Sequence record: SRR20825006_1258
Strand: one strand, 5' to 3'
DNA: 34,546 nt
Part shown: positions 19,373 to 27,982 of the stretch, one piece after another
How positions within the stretch are numbered: position 1 is the stretch's first letter
Layout of the letters: each line of letters begins with the position of its first letter
Translations under genes and position numbers: made by a program
Notes under the pieces: generated by a model
Seen by the model: the letters and a program-made list of their open reading frames with translations, nothing else
Databases searched by the model: none
Told to the model about the DNA's origin: nothing

Positions 19373-19392
19373 CACAAAAATTAAACGACCGA

Positions 19393-20607
19393 ATGGAATT
19401 CGCATTAAATACGATCGAAGAAGCAATTCAAGAGATCAAAGATGGTAAAGTAATCATTGTTGTTGACGACGAGAATCGTGAGAATGAAGGAGATTTCTTA
19501 ACCGCCGCAAGAAATTGCACCCCAGAGATCATCAATTTCATGGTAACACATGGTAGAGGATTAGTTTGTGCTCCACTTTTGGAAGACCATTGTGATGCAC
19601 TTGGTTTAGATTTAATGGTTGCATCTAATTCCGCAGCTTATGAAACACCGTTTACAGTTTCTGTAGATTTAATCGGACATGGCTGCACAACTGGAATCAG
19701 CGTAAGTGATCGTTCAAAAACTGTTCAAGCACTTATCGACCCTACAATCCGACCAGAAGAATTAGGTAAACCAGGACATATTTTTCCACTTCGTGCTAAA
19801 AAGGGCGGAGTTTTAAGAAGAGCTGGTCACACTGAAGCCGCTGTCGATCTTTCACGCATGGCTGGGTTCGAGCCTGCTGGAGTAATTGTAGAAATTTTGA
19901 ACGAAGATGGAACAATGGCACGCCTTCCACAGTTAATGGAAATCGCTAAAAAGTTCAATCTTAAGATCGTTTCTATTGAAGATTTGATCAAATATAGAAT
20001 GGCGCACGAATCACTCATTGAAGACGTGATTGATGTGAAAATGCCAACAAAAACAGGAGATTTTGACCTTCGTTTATTCAGAGAAGTAAACACGGGGAAA
20101 GAGCATTTAGCACTTACAAAAGGAACTTGGACTGAAGATGAGTCTGTTATGGTTCGTGTTCACTCTTCATGTATTACAGGAGATATTTTTGGTTCTTGCC
20201 GATGTGATTGTGGTCCACAGCTTGAAAAAGCAATGGAAATGATCGAAGCAGAAGGGAAAGGCGTAATTGTGTACATGAACCAAGAAGGACGTGGAATCGG
20301 TTTATCGAATAAACTAAAAGCGTACAAACTTCAGGAAGAAGGGTACGATACATTAGATGCCAACATCAAACTAGGATTTAAAGGAGATGAGCGCGACTAT
20401 GGAATTGGAGCTCAAATCATTCGGAGCTTGAACATTCGCAAAATGCGCTTAATGTCTAACAATCCAACGAAACGCGCTGGACTAATTGGATATGGCTTAG
20501 AAATTACAGAAACTGTTCCATTAGAGATTGAATCGAACAAGCATAACGAGCTCTATTTGAAGACGAAACGTGACCGCATGGGACACACATTAAAAATGGA
20601 TAAATAA
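19393..20607 (+). CDS. ribBA: Bifunctional 3,4-dihydroxy-2-butanone 4-phosphate synthase / GTP cyclohydrolase II
   Basis: RibB motifs [19 protein letters not shown] and RAGHTEA. RibA motifs [29 protein letters not shown] and LMSNNP. The likely start is 19393. Confidence 0.97.
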   Translation: MEFALNTIEEAIQEIKDGKVIIVVDDENRENEGDFLTAARNCTPEIINFMVTHGRGLVCAPLLEDHCDALGLDLMVASNSAAYETPFTVSVDLIGHGCTTGISVSDRSKTVQALIDPTIRPEELGKPGHIFPLRAKKGGVLRRAGHTEAAVDLSRMAGFEPAGVIVEILNEDGTMARLPQLMEIAKKFNLKIVSIEDLIKYRMAHESLIEDVIDVKMPTKTGDFDLRLFREVNTGKEHLALTKGTWTEDESVMVRVHSSCITGDIFGSCRCDCGPQLEKAMEMIEAEGKGVIVYMNQEGRGIGLSNKLKAYKLQEEGYDTLDANIKLGFKGDERDYGIGAQIIRSLNIRKMRLMSNNPTKRAGLIGYGLEITETVPLEIESNKHNELYLKTKRDRMGHTLKMDK

Positions 20608-21260
20608 TGCTCGTTGCGAAAGGCATAAGAAAAGCGTTTGGTGATTTAGCCATTCTCAAAGGAATTGACTTAGAAGTAACTAGCGGGGAGGTTATTTCCA
20701 TCGTTGGATCATCGGGAGCCGGGAAAACAACCTTGCTTCAAATCCTTGGAACGTTGGAATCACCTGACTCGGGCTCACTTTCAATTAATGGGATTGAGCC
20801 TTTCAAATTGTCTTCAAAACAACTTTCAGCCTTTCGAAATAAACACGTTGGATTTATCTTTCAATTTCATCAATTGCTTCCTGAGTTTACCGCGATAGAA
20901 AATATTTGTCTGCCTGCTTTGATTGCTGGAAAATCAATGTCCGACGCTAAAAAAGACGCGAGTAAATTATTGGAAATCTTGGGATTGACAGATCGAGCAA
21001 GTCACCGTCCGAGTGAACTCTCTGGTGGAGAACAACAGCGTATTGCCGTAGCGCGCTCGCTGATTAATCGCCCGCAAGTAGTGCTCGCAGATGAACCATC
21101 AGGAAATTTGGACAGTGCAAATTCTAAGGAATTGCATCAGTTATTTTTTGATTTACGCGCTGAGTTTGGTCAAACGTTCATTATCGTTACGCACAACAAC
21201 GACCTAGCGAACATGACTGATCGCAAATTGGTGATGTCCGACGGACTCATTCTTACTTAA
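20607..21260 (+). CDS. lolD: ABC transporter ATP-binding protein, LolD-like
   Basis: Walker [33 protein letters not shown] and [10 protein letters not shown] motifs. Confidence 0.85.
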   Translation: MLVAKGIRKAFGDLAILKGIDLEVTSGEVISIVGSSGAGKTTLLQILGTLESPDSGSLSINGIEPFKLSSKQLSAFRNKHVGFIFQFHQLLPEFTAIENICLPALIAGKSMSDAKKDASKLLEILGLTDRASHRPSELSGGEQQRIAVARSLINRPQVVLADEPSGNLDSANSKELHQLFFDLRAEFGQTFIIVTHNNDLANMTDRKLVMSDGLILT

Positions 21261-21273
21261 AAACCACCTTCGA

Positions 21274-22026
21274 ATGTCGAAAATGTCTTTTGATGAGCTG
21301 AAAGAATACCTCGATTTCAAAGTTGAGCAATACAATACACCTACGTTTATTGAAAGTGATCCGATCCAACTCCCCCATCGATTCACGAAAAAAGAAGACA
21401 TCGAAATTGTTTCCTTTCTAGTGTCGACAATTGCTTGGGGACAGCGCAAAAGCATCATTAAAAGTGGCGAGCGAATGCTCGAAATAATGGAACAAGAACC
21501 TTTGGAGTTCATCCGAAATTATCATTCTTCTAAACTCAGTTTTGTTCATCGCACCTTTAATAATATTGATCTCGATTTCTTTTTCAGGAGTCTTTCCAAT
21601 ATTTACGCAACTGGTGGACTAGAAAGTGCGTTTTCAGAACATTCCGAAATCGAAGGAATTAAAGGTAGAATCGTACACTTCAGAGAACAATTCCTTTCTG
21701 TAGAACACGAAAGTCGTTCAGTAAAACATTTATCGAATCCTTTGAAAAACTCAGCAACTAAGAGAATCAATATGTTTTTACGTTGGATGGTTCGAAACGA
21801 TCAGCGCGGAGTTGATTTTGGAATTTGGAACTCTATTTCACCGTCCGAATTAATGCTTCCGCTAGATGTTCACACAAGCAATAATGCACGCGATTTGAAG
21901 CTCTTGGAGCGCACCCAAAACGATTGGAAAGCGCTTGAAGAACTCATGTCCAATCTTCGGAAATTCGACCCAATCGACCCCGTAAAATACGACTACGCCC
22001 TTTTTGGAATTGGCGCATTTGAATAA
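21274..22026 (+). CDS. TIGR02757 (DUF2400) family protein
   Basis: FIESDPIQLPH, IAWGQRK, KRINMFLRWMVR, PLDVH and DPVKYDYALFG motifs. Confidence 0.9.
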   Translation: MSKMSFDELKEYLDFKVEQYNTPTFIESDPIQLPHRFTKKEDIEIVSFLVSTIAWGQRKSIIKSGERMLEIMEQEPLEFIRNYHSSKLSFVHRTFNNIDLDFFFRSLSNIYATGGLESAFSEHSEIEGIKGRIVHFREQFLSVEHESRSVKHLSNPLKNSATKRINMFLRWMVRNDQRGVDFGIWNSISPSELMLPLDVHTSNNARDLKLLERTQNDWKALEELMSNLRKFDPIDPVKYDYALFGIGAFE

Positions 22027-22058
22027 TCGATCATCCTAGAAAACCTTTTGTTATCAGA

Positions 22059-22127
22059 AGCTATTTCCAGCAATCCGCTGTATCTCTGCCGATGAACGTC
22101 AGAGGATGCCGCTCCTTTCTGGGCTAG
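22059..22127 (-). ncRNA. Flavo-1-like structured RNA/repeat element
   Basis: The minus strand reads CUAGCCCAGAAAGGAGCGGCAUCCUCUGAC-GUUCAUCG-GCAGAGAUACAGCGGAUUGCUGGAAAUAGCU, with nested stems CCAG/CUGG and CUCUG/CAGAG. This fits my recollection of the Flavobacteria element AGCCC.GA..G.AGCGGCAUCC...GAUA.AGCGGA..GC.GG. Confidence 0.6.
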
Positions 22128-22140
22128 AGAACTCTCGTTA

Positions 22141-22176
22141 AAAGAAAAAACCGCCAAATCACTTCGAAATGGCGGT
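22141..22176 (-). terminator. Rho-independent terminator of the minus-strand cluster
   Basis: The minus strand reads ACCGCCA-loop-TGGCGGT-TTTTTCTTT, 20 nt after the stop at 22197. Confidence 0.8.
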
Positions 22177-22196
22177 CTAGTATTAATCTATAAAAT

Positions 22197-22676
22197 TTAC
22201 TTTTTCTTTCCTTCAATTTCAATTCTAACTTCCTGTCCAGCAAAGCCAACAGTAGAAGATGAAGTAAAGATCATACGCTTTTTACTTTGTTTCTCAACGT
22301 CGTATCGACCAGTAATGGCGCTCGAAAAATAATCCATTGAATCAAGATCGGTAACATCACATTCGATGCAATACAAACGGTGGTTCAATTGCAGTTTTTT
22401 TGCTTTGTCTTGGAATTGCCACTCGAAAGTACTAGCTCCGTAAGGACTGTTCCCGCTCCACTGAAACGTTTGAATGGTGTCATAAATGTTCCCTTGACTC
22501 ACTACCCAAGAACCTTTAAAAGATGACTCGACATCACCAATTTTCACCGATTTCACGGTCCAATAAACGCTTCCACTAAGCGGTTGGCGTTGTAGTTTTT
22601 CAGAGCGGTTTTTAATCTTATCACAGCTAGCGAGAGTGAGAGAAAGAATGGTAATTGACAAAATAATGGTTCTCAT
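22197..22676 (-). CDS. Small lipoprotein, lipocalin-like; paralogue of 22728-23177
   Basis: Lipobox LASC. Shares WxV, IYD, FxWQF, GxYxVxK and MxFTSxxTxGFxG with its neighbour. Confidence 0.8.
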   Translation of the reverse strand: MRTIILSITILSLTLASCDKIKNRSEKLQRQPLSGSVYWTVKSVKIGDVESSFKGSWVVSQGNIYDTIQTFQWSGNSPYGASTFEWQFQDKAKKLQLNHRLYCIECDVTDLDSMDYFSSAITGRYDVEKQSKKRMIFTSSSTVGFAGQEVRIEIEGKKK

Positions 22677-22727
22677 AGCTACGTTATTTGCAAAATCTTA
22701 GTAATTAATTAGTAAGATAATTTCATT

Positions 22728-23177
22728 TTAAATCTTCGTTATTTTAATGTCTACTACCTTCCCATAAAAACCAATGGTACGTGTTGAAGTGAAATGCATT
22801 TCTTCTTTTTTATGTTTAAGGACTTCATAGATGCCCGACAAATAATAAGTTTGAAAAACTAAGTCAGAATGTGATGAATTAATGCAATTTGAGTCAATCT
22901 CAGCTGCAATTTGGAAATTCTTTCCTTTTTCTCTGAATTGCCATGAAAAATTGGAAACTTCATTTTCATACCCCCAAATCGCCAACGGAACGGAATCGTA
23001 TATGCTCATCTTGCCCGTAACATTCCACTGTCCTAAGAATCCGTAATTTGCCCCATCAACGGTAATCTCATCAACTCGCCAAACATCTCCTTTCATGAGT
23101 TTTTTGGAATATGATTTGTCCTTGTTGCAGCCAAATAAACCAATGATTATTATTAAAAGCAATGTCAAATTTTTCAT
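22728..23177 (-). CDS. Small lipoprotein, lipocalin-like; paralogue of 22197-22676
   Basis: Lipobox LFGC and the same shared motifs. Its start overlaps the stop of the 902-aa gene. Confidence 0.8.
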   Translation of the reverse strand: MKNLTLLLIIIIGLFGCNKDKSYSKKLMKGDVWRVDEITVDGANYGFLGQWNVTGKMSIYDSVPLAIWGYENEVSNFSWQFREKGKNFQIAAEIDSNCINSSHSDLVFQTYYLSGIYEVLKHKKEEMHFTSTRTIGFYGKVVDIKITKI

Positions 23178-25882
23178 TTTACAATTATTAGTGGTTGAGA
23201 AAAAGTTCCAGTATTAGAAAACAATATTACTTGGTACATACCAGCTTGGATTGTCGTTAAGTCCAATTCTATTGTGTCTCCATTAAGAACGTATTTAAAC
23301 ATTGCTTTTCTTCCAGATATATCATAAATCTCTACACGTTCGTTACCAAAAGAAGTTGATAACTTTATAATTCCTGAGTTACTTGCAGGATTTGGAAAGA
23401 CACTGAAAAAGAATTCTGTTTGCTTAAAAATGGGTAAATATTCAATTTCTGGAGTAACTAAATTTGTATTTTCTTTTGGGGACGGATTGGATCTATCATT
23501 ATAAATTGAACCATTGCAGAAATTAGCTATTTCTTTGGGTGTTGGATAAGTATCAACCTCTTCCATACAACTTAATGCGAGGGACGGTACAATTTCAAGT
23601 ACTATTTCTGGGTCTACAAAAGATTCAGGGCTAACAATTATATGCTTAGCAGCTTGAAATGTAACTTTTGAATTGCTAGGAAGGTTGGTCAAAGGTTTAT
23701 TAATGTAAATATTTCCCGTTGCCTGAATTATATGATTTCCAGATGAGAATGAAACGTCTTCCCAAACATAAATATCTCCCAGTACCGTAAACCCATCGGA
23801 TATTGTTTCATCTTCAAGTATTGAGTTTGTGCTGTATCCACTTAAATATGGTGATAAATCGATGGGAAGCGTGACTTCAATTTGTTGAAATGAAGGATGA
23901 GCTTCATTCCAATATAAAGTTCCACTTACGGTATAGTTGTCGGAAGAAAAGCGGTTAGTTTTCACTCCAGGAAAAGTGTGAATCATAATTATTTGATCGA
24001 TATTACTGTTGGGATCAGGATTAATAGGTTCTAGTATCACTTTTACCCTCAATCTTGGATTAATTATTTTTGAATAACTAAATATCGGATAATTTTTAAT
24101 ACAATTTTGACCTAAAAAAGGGCTGGCAATTCTCGCAGTATCCCACCCGCTAGCATCTCTTATTTGCAGTTCTAAACCCACGGACTCAAGATAAGCTTCA
24201 CGATCATCAAATGATGTGGAGTAAAATGCATTTCTATAATTAAGAAGGAAGGTATCCTTCATATCCTCAAAATAGCTGAAAGGACCAGGCATCATTGGCC
24301 CCTGTAATTGATAAGTAATAGAGTTTTCAAGATTATTAAACTCTATTTGATAATCGACGTCGATGATTTGTAGTCCTGAGGCTTCATTTAGAACGATTTT
24401 AGGTAACTCTTTAAGAGTTAATTGTTGAATATTTGGAAATACAGGCATTGTCAAATTAGACGCATCTTGAATACCTAAACTTGGTCCCAAATCAATTTGT
24501 CCAACATACAAGGTTGCTGGATTATTAACGCTATATTCCACGATTTCAAACTTAGGTTGTTCAAATAAATTCCAAACACCTAAAATTTCATCGTAAATTG
24601 GGTTTGTAAAAAGAATGTCACCTTGTCCTTGGGCAATTTTACTCCCTGGAACTCTTAAGGCATTATTAACATACGGAGAACTTACAGTAATTTGACCTGT
24701 TACGTTAACTTTTAATTGGGATTCAGTTATTGTCGGTTGTTTTATGGCTTCAAGCCCTTTTGGACTGTCATTTGTTAGAGCGTCATAATCATCTCCTAAT
24801 TTAGTCACTGTGGTGACTAACGTAGATGCCAAGTTTAAGAACATATTTACTTTGGGTACCTCGAAAAATAATTTACCTAGAATTAAGGCTAAATTGACTG
24901 CCTTTTTTTTTCCTATAATTTTGCCAGAGTTGTTCGCAAAATTCTGTCCTGCTGTCTGAAGAGCTACTCCATCGTCATATCCTTTGTTTGCACTGTTAAG
25001 TATGCCAGTTATACCATTAATAACTCCACTTCCAAATGCAGCGTAATCATGAATCTCACCGAAGAATCCATTTACACTTGTTTCATTAGGATTGGCTCCA
25101 GAAGGGTTAGCATCAACAATTGTTGTTAATGTACCATTCAATTGCAGTTGAACTTCCAAGTTATTAATTAAGCCTGCTTGAAAATACCAATCTCCAACTA
25201 GACCACAAGTACAAGCGTCAAAGAGCACGTTGAAATCAGCATAAAGCCAATAATAGTTGTTGTTAACACCAGTATTTTCATATGTGTTCGGGGCAAAATG
25301 TGCAGCGTCTTTTTGCAAATTGTCGTTCGCGAACGTGTATTCTCCTAGTTGATTTAAAATTGCTGTTTGTCTCACAGTTGGGAAATTTGTGTTAAACGCA
25401 GGCGTCATTGTTAAATGGAGACCTGCCGCCGTAAAAGGAAAACTCCCCGCATTAATAATGTTCACAAAAACCCGAACAGTACCAGTAAACCTGTTATAAA
25501 GCATGAAATAAGGGGTAGATACACCTTGAGCTGTTGATCCAAACTTTCTGTAAAGTAACTCCCAACCATCTTCCGATCTAAAATCTTTCTCAATAGAATT
25601 CGCGAGGGAATAAGTGTTTGCGTTCCCGTTTTGATCAAAAAAGGGACTGCGAATTGTTACGGGTGTACCAGCAGTTCCTGAGGTATTGGATAAATATACG
25701 GTGAATTCTTCCATTCTCCAATCCCATTGTCTATCTCCGCTTGGATCATTTGGGTTGCTATAGTTTTCTGGGTTAGTGGAAATTCCAGTAGGTTCGCATC
25801 CAGTTATAGGAACGCTTACCGATCCTTGGCTCAGGCTGTATATTGCAATAAGCAGTGAAATGAGCGATAGTATAAATTTCAT
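23174..25882 (-). CDS. Large T9SS-secreted protein of unknown function
   Basis: Signal peptide and CTD VFPNP...IYDISGR...AGMYQV...LIIVK. No catalytic motif was recognised. Confidence 0.85.
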   Translation of the reverse strand: MKFILSLISLLIAIYSLSQGSVSVPITGCEPTGISTNPENYSNPNDPSGDRQWDWRMEEFTVYLSNTSGTAGTPVTIRSPFFDQNGNANTYSLANSIEKDFRSEDGWELLYRKFGSTAQGVSTPYFMLYNRFTGTVRVFVNIINAGSFPFTAAGLHLTMTPAFNTNFPTVRQTAILNQLGEYTFANDNLQKDAAHFAPNTYENTGVNNNYYWLYADFNVLFDACTCGLVGDWYFQAGLINNLEVQLQLNGTLTTIVDANPSGANPNETSVNGFFGEIHDYAAFGSGVINGITGILNSANKGYDDGVALQTAGQNFANNSGKIIGKKKAVNLALILGKLFFEVPKVNMFLNLASTLVTTVTKLGDDYDALTNDSPKGLEAIKQPTITESQLKVNVTGQITVSSPYVNNALRVPGSKIAQGQGDILFTNPIYDEILGVWNLFEQPKFEIVEYSVNNPATLYVGQIDLGPSLGIQDASNLTMPVFPNIQQLTLKELPKIVLNEASGLQIIDVDYQIEFNNLENSITYQLQGPMMPGPFSYFEDMKDTFLLNYRNAFYSTSFDDREAYLESVGLELQIRDASGWDTARIASPFLGQNCIKNYPIFSYSKIINPRLRVKVILEPINPDPNSNIDQIIMIHTFPGVKTNRFSSDNYTVSGTLYWNEAHPSFQQIEVTLPIDLSPYLSGYSTNSILEDETISDGFTVLGDIYVWEDVSFSSGNHIIQATGNIYINKPLTNLPSNSKVTFQAAKHIIVSPESFVDPEIVLEIVPSLALSCMEEVDTYPTPKEIANFCNGSIYNDRSNPSPKENTNLVTPEIEYLPIFKQTEFFFSVFPNPASNSGIIKLSTSFGNERVEIYDISGRKAMFKYVLNGDTIELDLTTIQAGMYQVILFSNTGTFSQPLIIVK

Positions 25883-25884
25883 AA

Positions 25885-26748
25885 TTATATTTTTTTACCA
25901 ACAAACACGCGCTCCGTATACTCAGAGCCCAGTTGGAACGGTGTGATGATTTCTTTTGTGTAATAGGTTATCTTTATTTCTCGGTTATTTCGATCGTATA
26001 TGCCTCGAGATCTTTCAGGGAAAAAAGAACTCTGGTTTCCCACGTAAATGATATCATTATATGGAGCTGTCAGATCTCCAATCCCCTCAAAGCAATAACT
26101 TGAACTACCAAATTGCCTAACAAAATTAACCGGGTTAATTTTTCCATTTGGCAGGTTTTTAATGACTTCATTGCAAGCATAGGGCGGCGTTAAAAATGAA
26201 TAGAACCGAGTTAATGTGTCAATTTCTATAGTGAAATAATCATTCGGAGCTTCGCTTGAGTAACCATAATAACTTCCCCAAAGTGGCGAGGGAGAAACGT
26301 TCGTTATAGTCAGATTTCTATAGATTGTGTCTATCCCGTCATCTCCAGGAATGCATATTGTATTTGGTTTACTTTTCATAACAAGGCGCACAGAAATGTC
26401 TACAGGCCCTGAAAAATACAGGCCAAAGCTTTTCGTTGTTTTTAAGGTCGGATCATTTCCAACTTTCCATTCATAGCTAATTGCATCGTTATAATTCGCA
26501 TCAAAATAAACATAGGTATCATTGATCGAATCAAAATTGGCAGGGTCTCCATCGGCATAATATACTGGCATAATGATCGTGTCAAGATCAATCTTTTCTT
26601 CTCCGAACTTTTCTCCCATGAAGAAGGTACTTCGTTGCTTTTGGAGACAATCACAGATGTTTTCGGGTTCTCCAATCACGGGTTGAACTTTTTTACATCC
26701 AACAAAAAGTACAGGGAGAAGAAGGGCTGAAAAGATAAGTGGTTTCAT
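25885..26748 (-). CDS. Lipoprotein with PKD-like domain; paralogue of 27983-28804
   Basis: Lipobox FVGC, with CDC, YEWKVG, ISVRLV and NTICIPGDDGIDTIYR motifs. Confidence 0.82.
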   Translation of the reverse strand: MKPLIFSALLLPVLFVGCKKVQPVIGEPENICDCLQKQRSTFFMGEKFGEEKIDLDTIIMPVYYADGDPANFDSINDTYVYFDANYNDAISYEWKVGNDPTLKTTKSFGLYFSGPVDISVRLVMKSKPNTICIPGDDGIDTIYRNLTITNVSPSPLWGSYYGYSSEAPNDYFTIEIDTLTRFYSFLTPPYACNEVIKNLPNGKINPVNFVRQFGSSSYCFEGIGDLTAPYNDIIYVGNQSSFFPERSRGIYDRNNREIKITYYTKEIITPFQLGSEYTERVFVGKKI

Positions 26749-26754
26749 AATTTT

Positions 26755-27687
26755 TTATTTGTCTACTTCCAAGTTATTGATTCTATCTTCTAATTCCAAA
26801 ACATACAGGGTTAACTCTTCTACTTTTTCGAGTAAAAGTCGGTTCATTTCACCCAAATCAACAGGAGCACTTGATAGCTCTTCCGCAGATGGTATATTTG
26901 GTAAATGATGATTTGTAGTAACATAAGTGCGCAATTCAGTTAAGGGCATCAAATCATATCCCGAAAAGAATACATAATCAGGGATTGGATCTAAGGTTGT
27001 TGTGTATTTACGTGCAAACACGTGCCCTGCGCCATTTACTGTGAAGTTTTTGGTATTCGCATCACTTCCGAAAACTTCAATTGCGCTACTCGTATTTTGA
27101 GGAACTTTTACGCGTAATCCGTATTTCAATGAATTGTTTGTTTGGATATACAATCCATTATCTGTTGATGCTGTTCTTACGTTGAACAAAGCAAATGAAC
27201 CATCACTGGAAGCTGTAGTGTTACCTAACCATGCACGCTTTGTTGAATTAGAAAATCGTAATGCTAAATCAGGTACTGTGAAAAGCATATCTCCTGCCGA
27301 TTGATTCCTCACCATAAAGTTTAACTGACTCATTTGTAGAACGGCACCTTCCATGTCTGAACGACCTGTCATTGTATTAGTAAGACCAATGCGTGAGGTT
27401 ACGCCGTAATTTGTTGAACTTTTATTCGTTGCAATGGGTTGTCCATTATTATCATTTGTTATAAGTCCGCTCACTGCGCCTGATGAAATATAGTCTGACA
27501 CACCGTGAACATGTAAATTGTAATTTGGAAGCGGGGTGTTTACAGTTGTTGTGGTGGTTTTTGTTCCAATTCCAATGTAACCAGCTTGCGCTGAGTTTGA
27601 GGTGCTAGGAAAGTACCAATTGGTATTGTATTGTGCGAAGACTCCACATGATGGGAATAAAAGTAAGGCGATAATTGTCTTTTTCAT
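26755..27687 (-). CDS. Exported tail-fibre-like protein with C-terminal S74/intramolecular-chaperone-like coiled-coil domain
   Basis: Signal peptide, a GYIGIGT...P...LHVHG repeat unit and the C-terminus PDYVF...LMPL.EL..Y...NHHLPNIPSA...LGEMNRLLLEKVEELTLY. Confidence 0.78.
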   Translation of the reverse strand: MKKTIIALLLFPSCGVFAQYNTNWYFPSTSNSAQAGYIGIGTKTTTTTVNTPLPNYNLHVHGVSDYISSGAVSGLITNDNNGQPIATNKSSTNYGVTSRIGLTNTMTGRSDMEGAVLQMSQLNFMVRNQSAGDMLFTVPDLALRFSNSTKRAWLGNTTASSDGSFALFNVRTASTDNGLYIQTNNSLKYGLRVKVPQNTSSAIEVFGSDANTKNFTVNGAGHVFARKYTTTLDPIPDYVFFSGYDLMPLTELRTYVTTNHHLPNIPSAEELSSAPVDLGEMNRLLLEKVEELTLYVLELEDRINNLEVDK

Positions 27688-27876
27688 AATGGTTAAATTA
27701 AGTTATTACGAGAATAAAAATGGGTCAAAGAATTGAATTGATAAACGAAGAATCAAACATTCTTTATGTGTTTTGGCAAAAAAATAAAATCGTAGAGTAT
27801 TATTTTAAAATTGAGTTGCACAACTGCTAGATCAATGTTTAGAAACAAGCTACTACTTAGGTATGCTATGTCAGTA

Positions 27877-27960
27877 CTAACTATCATTTGGACAGTTGTA
27901 TTGACTGAAACTACATGAATGGAGAAGCGTTATATAAAGTAAAAGAGATAAAATTTTCAT
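27877..27960 (-). pseudogene. Signal-peptide-only remnant of a secreted protein gene
   Basis: MKILSLLLYITLLHSCSFSQYNCPNDS-stop begins 22 nt after the stop of the upstream lipoprotein. It resembles the N-terminus of the 902-aa protein. Confidence 0.5.
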
Positions 27961-27982
27961 AATAAGTATTAGGTTTATGTAG

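Noticed and set aside
19319-19392. FMN riboswitch upstream of ribBA
   Set aside because: The gap is only 74 nt and lacks the conserved RFN sequence blocks.
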